A DNA stretch of 64,000 nucleotides from an uncultured bacterium (GTDB taxonomy: Bacteria > Patescibacteriota > Minisyncoccia > Phycocordibacterales > CAIZLB01). The notes under the pieces were generated by a model that was not told the DNA's origin, did not search any database, and worked only from the letters and a program-made list of their open reading frames with translations. Below, piece after piece: positions 19,360 to 28,626 of this stretch (position 1 is its first letter; every line of letters starts with the position of its first letter). The stretch spans positions 159,905 to 223,904 of the forward strand of contig CAIZVZ010000001.1 in assembly GCA_903936565.1 (NCBI GenBank), in the 5' to 3' direction. Both the position numbers and the translations under genes were made by a program.

Positions 19360-19629
19360 TTATTTCCTCCACCTTGGAGCTAGTGCAATCATCTTAGTGA
19401 ATAACCAGGCCTTAAGTGGATTCATTCCACCCTTAATCATAGATTCCTTTGCTTTCTTTTGAAATTCCTTTAAATTATTTCCTTCATAACACAACTTACC
19501 ATCTTTAAAACATAGCGAACAATACTTTTCATTCTCCCTGATGCCGGTGTCTTTATCAAATGGCATCATGCAACTTTCACAATTTCCCTTACTAGAACAT
19601 CCGTCACACTTTTGATTATCAGAATTCAT
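19360..19629 (-). CDS. Zinc-ribbon domain protein
   Basis: CESCMMP...YCSLCFKDG...APRW. Confidence 0.8.
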   Translation of the reverse strand: MNSDNQKCDGCSSKGNCESCMMPFDKDTGIRENEKYCSLCFKDGKLCYEGNNLKEFQKKAKESMIKGGMNPLKAWLFTKMIALAPRWRK

Positions 19630-19675
19630 AATATTTATAATTTAATTATTTTAAAGAATTATTTACGACAATCTC

Positions 19676-19843
19676 CTATTGAGGTAGAAATGAACTAACA
19701 AGCACGCCGATAAAATATGGCCATAAAATTATAGCAACGACCCCTTTCCAAAAAGATAACTTAAGAAACCCTATTGTAAATAACCAGCCCACCATCCAAA
19801 TTCCTCCCAAAAAACTGTTTTGCTCAACTTTTACTATACTCAT
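19676..19843 (-). CDS. Small 55-aa membrane protein (not in ORF track)
   Basis: MSIVKVEQNSFLGGIWMVGWLFTIGFLKLSFWKGVVAIILWPYFIGVLVSSFLPQ. Confidence 0.75.
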   Translation of the reverse strand: MSIVKVEQNSFLGGIWMVGWLFTIGFLKLSFWKGVVAIILWPYFIGVLVSSFLPQ

Positions 19844-19952
19844 GTTTTTGTATTAGTTTGTTAATTATGTAATCCAATGCTTAGTCAATTATATCACGAC
19901 TGTTATGGGGTATAAAGTTATATTTCTATTCACCCACCCACACCATGGAGTC

Positions 19953-20672
19953 TTATTTCAACACTTCGACTAAGTACTCATAAGCCTTCGGTATCCAACT
20001 ATCTACATCAGGCTCATCGGACCAAAGCTTTCGAAGATACTCTTGATGCTTGGTGTGATCTGGATAACCAAAAACCTCCACCTCACCCTGCAATTCATTA
20101 AATTCAGGCAACGCTTGTACAACATCATTGAATAATTCTGCCAACGTCCAAAATATTCCATTATTAGTATTTAGCCCGTCAAAGATACTATTAAATCTCT
20201 TAACTGCATAATCATAAAAGAAAAAATGTAGTATCTCGTGAATAGCCACGCTATTTGATCCACTTCTATGCTTATAAAAAACTTGAAAAGTCTTATTGTT
20301 CAAGAATCTTGGATTACAATTAATTATTGATAAATATCCAGTCCACTTCCCTTCTGGTTTAATCGGATTTTTAAATATTTTGTTTATCTGAACTGCGAAT
20401 CCATCCTCAATTTTTTTCCAATCGTTTTTACATCTTAATAGGTCGCCCTCCAACTCCTTCATATTATCTTCATAATATTTATCAAAATACATATCAATAG
20501 CATTTCTCCTTTCAGAGTCATCTAGATCCTTGATTATTTCAAGCTCTGGATGCACAGCTGTAACACCTCTAGAAAAATCGACACCTCCAACCTTACCTGA
20601 TCTACTAGTGAAAACAAAAGCCATTTCCTTATCCAGATCCTTGTTTAATTCGAATTTTATGTCTAAATTCAT
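19953..20672 (-). CDS. Hypothetical protein with HEXXH zincin-like motif
   Basis: IHEILHF with a downstream LAE; leaderless start. Confidence 0.7.
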   Translation of the reverse strand: MNLDIKFELNKDLDKEMAFVFTSRSGKVGGVDFSRGVTAVHPELEIIKDLDDSERRNAIDMYFDKYYEDNMKELEGDLLRCKNDWKKIEDGFAVQINKIFKNPIKPEGKWTGYLSIINCNPRFLNNKTFQVFYKHRSGSNSVAIHEILHFFFYDYAVKRFNSIFDGLNTNNGIFWTLAELFNDVVQALPEFNELQGEVEVFGYPDHTKHQEYLRKLWSDEPDVDSWIPKAYEYLVEVLK

Positions 20673-20726
20673 ATCTAGATTATACCACGGGAGATTTAAG
20701 TGCGAGAGGTATGATACAATATTCCT

Positions 20727-21953
20727 ATGTCAGACTATATATCACGTGTTAAGGCCGTTAATTTACCCGAGGGTGAATTCTTTGTTTGTGGCAGTGCGAT
20801 CATGGATGTACTTGGAATACGCAAAGCAGCGGACATGGATATACTAGTCTCCCCTCGCTTATATGAAAAATTAGAAAAAGAAGACGGTTGGAAAAAGCAT
20901 CCGAAATACAATATTCTTCAAGACAAAGATAAGATATGTGGAGCGAAGACCACGTTAGACTTTATGAAGGAAAACTATTCTCTTGAAGAAGTTTTACCTC
21001 TTGCTACTTATATTGAAGGTGTACCATTTATGAGTCTGGAAATGCTAATTAATGCAAAAGAACAAATGGGTAGAGAAAAGGATTTTGCAGATATAAAGTT
21101 AATAAAAGAATATCAATATTTTAATTCCATCAAAGGCAAAATTCTGGATTCTAAAGGCTATAGAGAAAGATTGAAAGGTATCTCAAATGACGATTTGTAT
21201 TGTTATGAATTGCACAATGACGAGCGAGCCCTGTATTATTTTGGAGTTCGACATTCATCTGATGTCGACAACCCAATGTTTCTAAATTTAAAACAGACAT
21301 TTATGGATTTTAAGCCTGATATGGTTCTAGTAGAGGGTAACCCAAGAATTAATGACGACAGTGAAAGTTACAGAGAGGAATTAAGAGCGATGAGCGAAGA
21401 TGAAGCTAAGACTAGAGGTGAATCAAGATACACCCTTAAACTATCGTCAGACAATAACATTGATGCCTACAGCCCAGATCCAGATGTTCCAGAGGTAATA
21501 GAGTACTTAGTTGATTTAGGATATACACAAAAAGATATATGTTATTTTTATTTATATTCTGAATTACACAGATACGCCAGAGGTCTGCGTGACGACTCGT
21601 TCATATCCTCTGACTTTGAGGAATACATTACTCCGCAAATTGAAGAATTGGCATTATACAAAGGTTGGACAACAGAGACATTGAATGAACTGGTTCACGA
21701 ATGCGTTTCCAATATTACATCAGAAAATATGGACTACTGTATTGATCAACTCTCCCCTATTCCAGAAGAAGGAGAAACTTATACCGTCATTAATGAGATA
21801 TCCCAGCAATCTAGTTATTTTAGAGATCTATATATTGTCAAAAAAATAATCAAATATGGCTTACAATATAAAAGATTATTTATTGTATTTGGTTCAGGGC
21901 ATGCAATAAAAGAAGAAACTGCCTTGAGAAGTTTTTTTGAGTTATTAAATTAG
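20727..21953 (+). CDS. Nucleotidyltransferase-like domain fused to a TraB/GumN-like domain
   Basis: GSAIM..LGIRKAADMD...GREKDFADI, then GVRH, VLVEG, FRD, FGSGH. Confidence 0.65.
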   Translation: MSDYISRVKAVNLPEGEFFVCGSAIMDVLGIRKAADMDILVSPRLYEKLEKEDGWKKHPKYNILQDKDKICGAKTTLDFMKENYSLEEVLPLATYIEGVPFMSLEMLINAKEQMGREKDFADIKLIKEYQYFNSIKGKILDSKGYRERLKGISNDDLYCYELHNDERALYYFGVRHSSDVDNPMFLNLKQTFMDFKPDMVLVEGNPRINDDSESYREELRAMSEDEAKTRGESRYTLKLSSDNNIDAYSPDPDVPEVIEYLVDLGYTQKDICYFYLYSELHRYARGLRDDSFISSDFEEYITPQIEELALYKGWTTETLNELVHECVSNITSENMDYCIDQLSPIPEEGETYTVINEISQQSSYFRDLYIVKKIIKYGLQYKRLFIVFGSGHAIKEETALRSFFELLN

Positions 21954-21955
21954 TT

Positions 21956-22318
21956 TTATTTAATAAGGAAATCAGTTAGCTTCTTAACCATATCTTCAGA
22001 TGAAGAATATTCTATGACTTCGGTAGCGACACCTCTCACTGAATTAGAAACGATTGAATCACTTTTATGTAAAAGAATTACCGGAACATTATACATATCT
22101 GCCCAACCTATCTCGATACCTATTGCCACAGAAGGATACGATACTTCCGCAATCATATAATCAACAGACTTAAGCTCTTCTCTACTATCGAAGATATCGT
22201 CATCATTTTCATGAGGTAATATTATCTCAGCAACCTTATTTAATTCACTATCACGAATAGGCTTATACAGTTCATTTTTGTAATCATCTTTCCTAGAGTG
22301 GGCCACGTATATTTTCAT
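21956..22318 (-). CDS. Nucleoside 2-deoxyribosyltransferase-like protein
   Basis: KIYVAHS, AEVSYPS..GIEIGWA. Confidence 0.8.
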   Translation of the reverse strand: MKIYVAHSRKDDYKNELYKPIRDSELNKVAEIILPHENDDDIFDSREELKSVDYMIAEVSYPSVAIGIEIGWADMYNVPVILLHKSDSIVSNSVRGVATEVIEYSSSEDMVKKLTDFLIK

Positions 22319-22470
22319 AGGCATATTATACAGCAATAATGTTATTGCTGAAAAGCGCAGTTTTGTTGCGAGTAAAATGACCCATCATTAAGATATTAGT
22401 ATAAATGAAAAGACCATCAACCTATAACGGCGCCAGGGTTGATGGGCTTTCCGTGTTAAGATTGATGGAA

Positions 22471-23514
22471 TTATTTGGTTAACAGTGATCTTGGGAACTC
22501 TGTTACCAAACAGTGAATACCGGCATACATCCAAGCTGGATAGTATTGAATTGGAACGCTCGTCGTGACAATCTGCTGACCCGTGATGGAACGTAACATT
22601 TCTGTTACTTCCGTTGCACCACCAGTCATTAGAATTCTCCCGTCAAAAAACTGTTGCAAGTTAAGGGAGTATGGAACAGTAGAACGTGGCGCCCTATGGA
22701 CCGTGATACCCTTTGACTCACAAGCTCTATGTAACACAGACATCGTCTCATCCAACAGCATCGATCTCCAACTTTGAGCTGAATCATTAATTACACTGGC
22801 TGTGACAATATTATGATCCACCACAAGATGAAGCCCTCCACGCGTATCAGAGACTAGACAAGAAACCCGGTCACAATGACCAAAAAATGCCAGTTGACCA
22901 GTAAGACTTCCGTCCTTTAGGAAGCCCATAACAGGGGCTGGGAACATGACTGTTTTCATCCCAGCACTCACGAATGGCTCCAAATCACTTTCGCAAGCTT
23001 GGCGGTTCATAGGCACATTGTCACAGAAAGAAATAATACGATCGCAGACAACAGCCGCTCCACTAGCAAGAAGGACTGAACCCCCATCACCAATTGGAGA
23101 TGATGTAATCCTGCAACCATCTATGACCCTATCAATTGAGGCATAGACACAATTCAAGAGCACTCGACCGGGGATGGTCACCACCAAATCACGAGGACAC
23201 AGCGCTAAACCAGCAGGGAAATCAGAAGGAAACCTGATAAAACGATACCCTCTAGCTAAATAGTTACAGATAGCTGTTGAGTCCAATTTATCAGGGCGGG
23301 CATGCGCAATTTGGAAACGGTACCCCATCTCATTAAGAGCTGTGACTATGGAACCGTGTTCGTCCCGTAGCCGTCCCTCTATATGTGATGGCGTATTATC
23401 GTTTGCAAGAATGGAGGCAATAAGGCCCGCTTGATGTATAGGAACCGGAAACCGTCCGTCCTCCGGTACATCAGGCAGAAAAATTGGCGCTCCGACCAAG
23501 TATGAAGTTGTCAT
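22471..23514 (-). CDS. Pentein (amidinotransferase/deiminase superfamily) protein
   Basis: PRD, GDGGSV, HCD and GIHC motifs in the expected order. Confidence 0.7.
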   Translation of the reverse strand: MTTSYLVGAPIFLPDVPEDGRFPVPIHQAGLIASILANDNTPSHIEGRLRDEHGSIVTALNEMGYRFQIAHARPDKLDSTAICNYLARGYRFIRFPSDFPAGLALCPRDLVVTIPGRVLLNCVYASIDRVIDGCRITSSPIGDGGSVLLASGAAVVCDRIISFCDNVPMNRQACESDLEPFVSAGMKTVMFPAPVMGFLKDGSLTGQLAFFGHCDRVSCLVSDTRGGLHLVVDHNIVTASVINDSAQSWRSMLLDETMSVLHRACESKGITVHRAPRSTVPYSLNLQQFFDGRILMTGGATEVTEMLRSITGQQIVTTSVPIQYYPAWMYAGIHCLVTEFPRSLLTK

Positions 23515-23648
23515 TTTGTTTTTATTCTATTGTTGAGGTTGGAAATTTAGAACCCAGTTCCTCGGGAACAGTTCAGACCGAACAATAACACTTAAATTAA
23601 TGCCGGTCAATGATGTCTGTAACATAATCTATCATTATATTAAAAGTC

Positions 23649-23680
23649 AAAACCGCGCTTGCCCAGGTGGGCAAGCGCGG
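23649..23680 (-). terminator. Terminator
   Basis: Perfect stem ccgcgcttgccc/gggcaagcgcgg with U-tract on the minus strand. Confidence 0.8.
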
Positions 23681-23698
23681 CAATACGGGGCTTTTAGA

Positions 23699-24331
23699 TT
23701 ACCCGCCGTGTTCACTGAGCCATTTCTTAACCACAGCAGATCCCCAATCGTCATCGCTGACATCAAGGGTTGTGAACTTACCTGCCATAGCCGACTGTAC
23801 CTGATGTAAAACCGTCTCCGGCTGCAAATTGAGCAAGTCGATGATTCTTTCGATGTCGCTATCGCCAAGCTCTCCAACCATCCCAATTTCCTTGGCGCGA
23901 GACCGGATTCTTTCAAACCAGACCCCATGATCCGAAACAAAATGCAAAGTGTGGTCAAGTGGCAAACTGCTCGCTATAAACGGCAGGTACTCCCAACTCA
24001 AAACGAGTTTCCCCGCTGCACTCAAGCACTTGTCCCTTATCATGTAAGCCAAGATCGGGATATCCTCCTCCAGTCTCGCTACGTAGAACTCTCTGGTCAC
24101 ACTGGCATAGAAACGACCGGTTTTTCCACCATCATCCTTGAGACAGCCGGGGAAGCTCCGGTTAAAGAGCTCATACCGCTCCGTCCCCTTTTCTCGCAAC
24201 TCACATTGCAGATCATTGAGGTCGCAGAACTCCCAGCCGCAATCTTCGAACGTGCCGCGGAGTTGAACCTTGGCCATTTGAACGGGGGCCGTAATACCAA
24301 GGATTCTTAACGTTGACGATGACTCACTCAC
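23699..24331 (-). CDS. Dephospho-CoA kinase-like protein with a degenerate P-loop
   Basis: ILGITAPVQMAK at the Walker A position; CoaE-like layout; GTG start overlaps the upstream TGA. Confidence 0.5.
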   Translation of the reverse strand: MSESSSTLRILGITAPVQMAKVQLRGTFEDCGWEFCDLNDLQCELREKGTERYELFNRSFPGCLKDDGGKTGRFYASVTREFYVARLEEDIPILAYMIRDKCLSAAGKLVLSWEYLPFIASSLPLDHTLHFVSDHGVWFERIRSRAKEIGMVGELGDSDIERIIDLLNLQPETVLHQVQSAMAGKFTTLDVSDDDWGSAVVKKWLSEHGG

Positions 24332-25395
24332 GCTGCACCCTCCATCCTGCGCTCGAGTTTCATCGAACCACACAACTCCTCAACGATACTGGGATCATGC
24401 GGACCACGCTCTTCAGGAGGACCCAGGCGGGCCACCAACGCCAACAACGTATTGTTGACGTGGACATTCCACGCTCCCCTGACAGTCTCGTGTTCGCAAT
24501 TCAATACGCAGATATCACCCCAAGGCACAGGTTCGCCAATGACGAGAGATGCCGTTCCAGGACGAGAATTGACGAAGATTTCATTGTATTCGTTTATTCC
24601 CCGTACTGGATTCAGGATATTACTGGCGTCGCAGACATATGTCGGCAGGACCAACAACTCCGCTTTTGAAGCACTAGCCATAATCTTCGGGATACAGGAT
24701 GTTTTTGGCTCGCCCAACTTCATGCACCCATCACCGCGCCCACCCTCCGGATAGAAACCGACGAGTCGGCCCCCACCCTTAACGTGACGACGAAGTGACA
24801 TCATTGCACGCTGATTCTGCGCATTCATCGCTACTTCATCGACCCCGTTTAGCCCGGCGGACAGATACTTGGCAGAAAAAATCTGGAATCGATTCATCCC
24901 GCCACAAAACATCAGCGGAATTAGATAGAGGTTGACAGCATGGCCGGACATGTATGCCCAATCCTTACAGACATCCCTTCCTAGTGCGCGGCGAACGAGG
25001 GTTTCAAAGACCATCGTATCCGCACCTGAGCGATGGTTTTGAACCATGAGGACATTTCCTCCACGGCCCATGTGTTCCAGTGCCAGCTTCATGTTATCCA
25101 TCCCAACAACCCGGGACTCTTGATTGACCAACGTGTCGCCAGCCAAATTCCAAAAATCCCGAACTGCCGGAACGGCTTGCGTCATGCCAGCCTCGAGGTT
25201 GTCCTGTGTCATGAGAGGGATGCAGGCTTGTGCGCTCGCCATTCCAGTGCTCACAAACGCAGCCCGATCAGTTGCCTTCATGCCAGCCTGCCGACAAAAC
25301 TCCGGTAGTGCTGTTCTAAGGTATTCAATAACGGCGGCTGTTTCCCCGATGCCGAAGCTCGGTACGGTACTATCTTTACTATCGTTTGGTTTCAT
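24328..25395 (-). CDS. Soluble glycerol-3-phosphate acyltransferase (plastid/Chlamydia-type)
   Basis: GGNVLMVQNHRSGAD (HX4D), IFSAKY, FYPEGGR. Confidence 0.8.
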   Translation of the reverse strand: MKPNDSKDSTVPSFGIGETAAVIEYLRTALPEFCRQAGMKATDRAAFVSTGMASAQACIPLMTQDNLEAGMTQAVPAVRDFWNLAGDTLVNQESRVVGMDNMKLALEHMGRGGNVLMVQNHRSGADTMVFETLVRRALGRDVCKDWAYMSGHAVNLYLIPLMFCGGMNRFQIFSAKYLSAGLNGVDEVAMNAQNQRAMMSLRRHVKGGGRLVGFYPEGGRGDGCMKLGEPKTSCIPKIMASASKAELLVLPTYVCDASNILNPVRGINEYNEIFVNSRPGTASLVIGEPVPWGDICVLNCEHETVRGAWNVHVNNTLLALVARLGPPEERGPHDPSIVEELCGSMKLERRMEGAA

Positions 25396-25552
25396 CTTGT
25401 CTTATAATCGGTGGTGTATAGTTGTGATTGCTCGATCGGAGTACTTACCCTAAGGTCCAATATTCCATTAAAAAGAGCGACTTGAAACAATATTCACATA
25501 TTTTCTGCATTTGTCAAGTCCGTTGTGCATACGCCTGTAATAATATCTCGTA

Positions 25553-26026
25553 TTATAAGGCCCTTTTGAAACTACTCTTAGTAACCACCGAACCATCTAA
25601 TTCTTTCTGTTCTGATGTCGATTCGACAATATAACCCTGTTTTAATAGGAAATTAAACATATTTGGATACTTACTTTTCACAGTATTAACGGTTACATAT
25701 TTATATCCCCTGCTTTGTAGTAGCTTTTCCTGAAAATGCAGAAGTTCTGTAGCAACCTTTTGTCCACGATATTCCTCAAGAACTCCACCCATCCAAGAGT
25801 GAAAAGTTTCCGAGTCTTCTCTATAACCAAACTTATATCCAATCAATACCCCATCCAAATATGCACCTAGCAAAATTCCGTCCCTATTCAGTTTTTCTTC
25901 CCACAGCGACTGGGTATGATATTTATCGTTATCATCAGTGGAGTTAAATATAATCCTGCTTATCTTAATAGCATCTGGTATTTCTACTTTTGATATTTCT
26001 CGTATCTTCAATCTATTATTTTCCAT
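25553..26026 (-). CDS. GNAT acetyltransferase
   Basis: GYKFGY, SWMGGVLEEYRGQKVA. Confidence 0.9.
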   Translation of the reverse strand: MENNRLKIREISKVEIPDAIKISRIIFNSTDDNDKYHTQSLWEEKLNRDGILLGAYLDGVLIGYKFGYREDSETFHSWMGGVLEEYRGQKVATELLHFQEKLLQSRGYKYVTVNTVKSKYPNMFNFLLKQGYIVESTSEQKELDGSVVTKSSFKRAL

Positions 26027-26066
26027 AAATTATAATGTTTTAAATAAACTCTTCAACATGAATCTG

Positions 26067-26513
26067 TTATATGGAGGACCCTCTCCCAATCCCCAGTGTC
26101 TCCAAATATAGAAGTGTTGAATCTGATAAATATTTTATATTTTTAATTTCTTCAATTGATAAGAATTTTTGTTGTTTATGTTTTTCAGGTTCGTTATTCC
26201 TAACCTCCCCCGTATATTTCAAAATATTAAATAAATGAAGAAGCACTTCAACTTCTTCGCCGTTTCTATTGTAATTATATTTTCTAACACTTATTTCTTC
26301 AAGTTTCTCCACGGCAATTCCACACTCTTCAAGAACTTCTTGCTTTAGTCCATCCTCTACAACCTGACCCGGCAAAACCTTTCCAACCGGAATAGTCCAG
26401 AAGCCATATTTAACATGCTCTTGCATTAATACTTCCCCACTCTCATTCTTTATAACAGCTGCAATACCATGGTGATTAGATACATCCTCTTCGTTGTATT
26501 TAACATTATTCAT
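26067..26513 (-). CDS. NUDIX hydrolase
   Basis: WTIPVGK...KQEVLEECGI, NNEPEKH. Confidence 0.85.
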   Translation of the reverse strand: MNNVKYNEEDVSNHHGIAAVIKNESGEVLMQEHVKYGFWTIPVGKVLPGQVVEDGLKQEVLEECGIAVEKLEEISVRKYNYNRNGEEVEVLLHLFNILKYTGEVRNNEPEKHKQQKFLSIEEIKNIKYLSDSTLLYLETLGIGRGSSI

Positions 26514-26572
26514 TATTAGATAGTACCACCGTCAGTCGTTTTTCCAAAGTGGTGTATAATACCTACATAGTC

Positions 26573-27034
26573 ATGCATAGAAAAGGAGTTTCAGCCCTAA
26601 TAATCAATTCCAATCAAGAGTTTCTCTTGGTTAATTTAAATTCTTTTGAAGATAAATATTTTGCCATCCCGGGTGGCGGACAAGAAGATGGTGAGTCTCT
26701 GGACGATACTGTTTATCGAGAAATGTTGGAAGAGTTAAATATTAGAAATGAATCTGTAGAGTATGTGGGTGCCAGCCACGACCCTCTAATATTTACTTTC
26801 AAAACTCCAAAAATCAATAGCAGAGGTGAAGAATATATTGGTTCCGAGAGACACTTTTTTGGTTTTAAATTTATTGGCAGCGATAATGAAATAAAACTTC
26901 AGGAAAATGAAGTCAGGTCTTACAAATGGGTTCCATTTTCTGACCTAAAAGACTACCTACTTTTTGATAATCAATTAAACGAAACTTTACCGAAGATCTT
27001 GGAGATATTCCAAAAGCACAGCTTAATAATTTAA
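26573..27034 (+). CDS. NUDIX hydrolase (RppH-like)
   Basis: RKGVSALIIN, IPGGGQEDGE...YREMLEEL. Confidence 0.88.
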   Translation: MHRKGVSALIINSNQEFLLVNLNSFEDKYFAIPGGGQEDGESLDDTVYREMLEELNIRNESVEYVGASHDPLIFTFKTPKINSRGEEYIGSERHFFGFKFIGSDNEIKLQENEVRSYKWVPFSDLKDYLLFDNQLNETLPKILEIFQKHSLII

Positions 27035-27049
27035 TCCCGCATAAATTAA

Positions 27050-28093
27050 TTACGCGTTATGTTTTAGGAAAATAGAGTAAATATCAAGAAGTGCTAAAAA
27101 CAAACTCAAGGAAAGTGGACCAAGCAAGAACCCAATCGGGCCAAAAAATGTTGCCCCACCGAAGACTGCTAAAATGACAAGTAGCGGGTGTAGCTTCATT
27201 CCCTTTCCGACAAGCTTTGGACCCAAAAAATTATCTATCATTCCAACAGCAATTATTCCCCAGATAATCAGTCCTAACGCTGAGGTAAAAGCGTTTGTAA
27301 AAAATAAGTATATGATTGCAGGAATTATTACAATAGAAGTTCCAACACCCGGAATCAAAGCTGATACAGCGGCGAGCACTCCCCATATTACAGGATTTGG
27401 AACACCGAAGATTGATAATCCAATTGAAGTCAAAACACCCTGAACGAGCGCAATTATAATATTACCCTTAACAACAGAATTTATCGCAAGATCCAACTTA
27501 CTCAAAACCACCTCATTGTGTTCACTGTTTAGTGGGCTAAATTTAACTACATATGATTTAAAGTTCCTACCCTCCTTTAATAGATAATAGAAAGCTATCA
27601 AAAAAATGAATGCATTCACGAGAGTCTTAACAACATTCGAAAAGAATCCCGTTAAGTTTTGTAACACCCAAGAAATTCCTGTTTTAATATATTGATCTAA
27701 ATCTATAGAGATGTTTTCAACACCAGGCAAGAAACCATTTAGACTACCCTTGATGGACTCTAAGGAGCTATTAATTATTCCACTGCTACCATTTTCGGTA
27801 AGTGAGAAATATAGCTGTTGTCCCTCTTGAATAATTTGTTTTCCCAAAAAAGTTAAGGGGATGATAACAATCAATATAACAAGTAGGGTTACCAGAAAGG
27901 AGGCCAGCCCAGAATTTTGCTTAGTCAATTTTAAAGCTTTTTCATATGGACGTTGAAAAACAACTGCAAATATTACAGCTAATATCAATGTATATATGAA
28001 TGGCCGCAGAATCGAGAACACCAATAGAAATGAGCCGATTAGTGCTACAGAAATAAATATCAGTTGATTCTTTTTATTTTCGGTGAATGTCAT
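27050..28093 (-). CDS. AI-2E family transporter
   Basis: ALVQG, LIPGVG, IDNFLGPKLVG, FGPIGFLLGP. Confidence 0.92.
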   Translation of the reverse strand: MTFTENKKNQLIFISVALIGSFLLVFSILRPFIYTLILAVIFAVVFQRPYEKALKLTKQNSGLASFLVTLLVILIVIIPLTFLGKQIIQEGQQLYFSLTENGSSGIINSSLESIKGSLNGFLPGVENISIDLDQYIKTGISWVLQNLTGFFSNVVKTLVNAFIFLIAFYYLLKEGRNFKSYVVKFSPLNSEHNEVVLSKLDLAINSVVKGNIIIALVQGVLTSIGLSIFGVPNPVIWGVLAAVSALIPGVGTSIVIIPAIIYLFFTNAFTSALGLIIWGIIAVGMIDNFLGPKLVGKGMKLHPLLVILAVFGGATFFGPIGFLLGPLSLSLFLALLDIYSIFLKHNA

Positions 28094-28127
28094 GATTATT
28101 GATTATAGCATAAATATTAACGCTAAT

Positions 28128-28532
28128 CTAAACGGCGTTATTTTCCTGGTATTTCCTAATCAGCTCTATATCCCTAAGATCTTTCTCCCTACCAAGCGCG
28201 GTCTTAAATTTACATAATTCATCTAAGTTCATAAAAGGAAAGCCCTCTATAATAACAGCACTTGCTATTGCCTCCTCAGTTGTCGTTGGATATTTATCCC
28301 AGTTTAAAGTTGGAATCACATCTACCCCTTCTTTCTTGAGGAAGATTTTTCCATACATCTCCACTTCTTGCCATTCCCCAGTTGACTGCAATTCATCAAA
28401 CAAATCTTTCGTAACAGCGATATCAATGTCATTACTGTCCCTAATTCCCAAGGCCTCCATAATTCCAGCCCCAGTAACTACGTATTCACCATTAGGTAAA
28501 TTAAGTTCTTTTAGTTTATTTATAATATTCAT
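28128..28532 (-). CDS. Nucleotidyltransferase-like protein
   Basis: GAGIMEALGIRDSNDID...GREKDLRDI; paralogous to the N-terminus of the 20727 ORF. Confidence 0.75.
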   Translation of the reverse strand: MNIINKLKELNLPNGEYVVTGAGIMEALGIRDSNDIDIAVTKDLFDELQSTGEWQEVEMYGKIFLKKEGVDVIPTLNWDKYPTTTEEAIASAVIIEGFPFMNLDELCKFKTALGREKDLRDIELIRKYQENNAV

Positions 28533-28626
28533 ACTTAGATAATATCATAAAATTAAAAGCGGTAAACGGACACAATAAAACCCCCAAGATGGAAACATCA
28601 AGGGGGTTCTGTTTTCTGATTAAAAG

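Noticed and set aside
23600-25453. Multiple overlapping ORFs around the GPAT locus
   Set aside because: Alternative-frame shadows expected in GC-richer DNA; no motifs.
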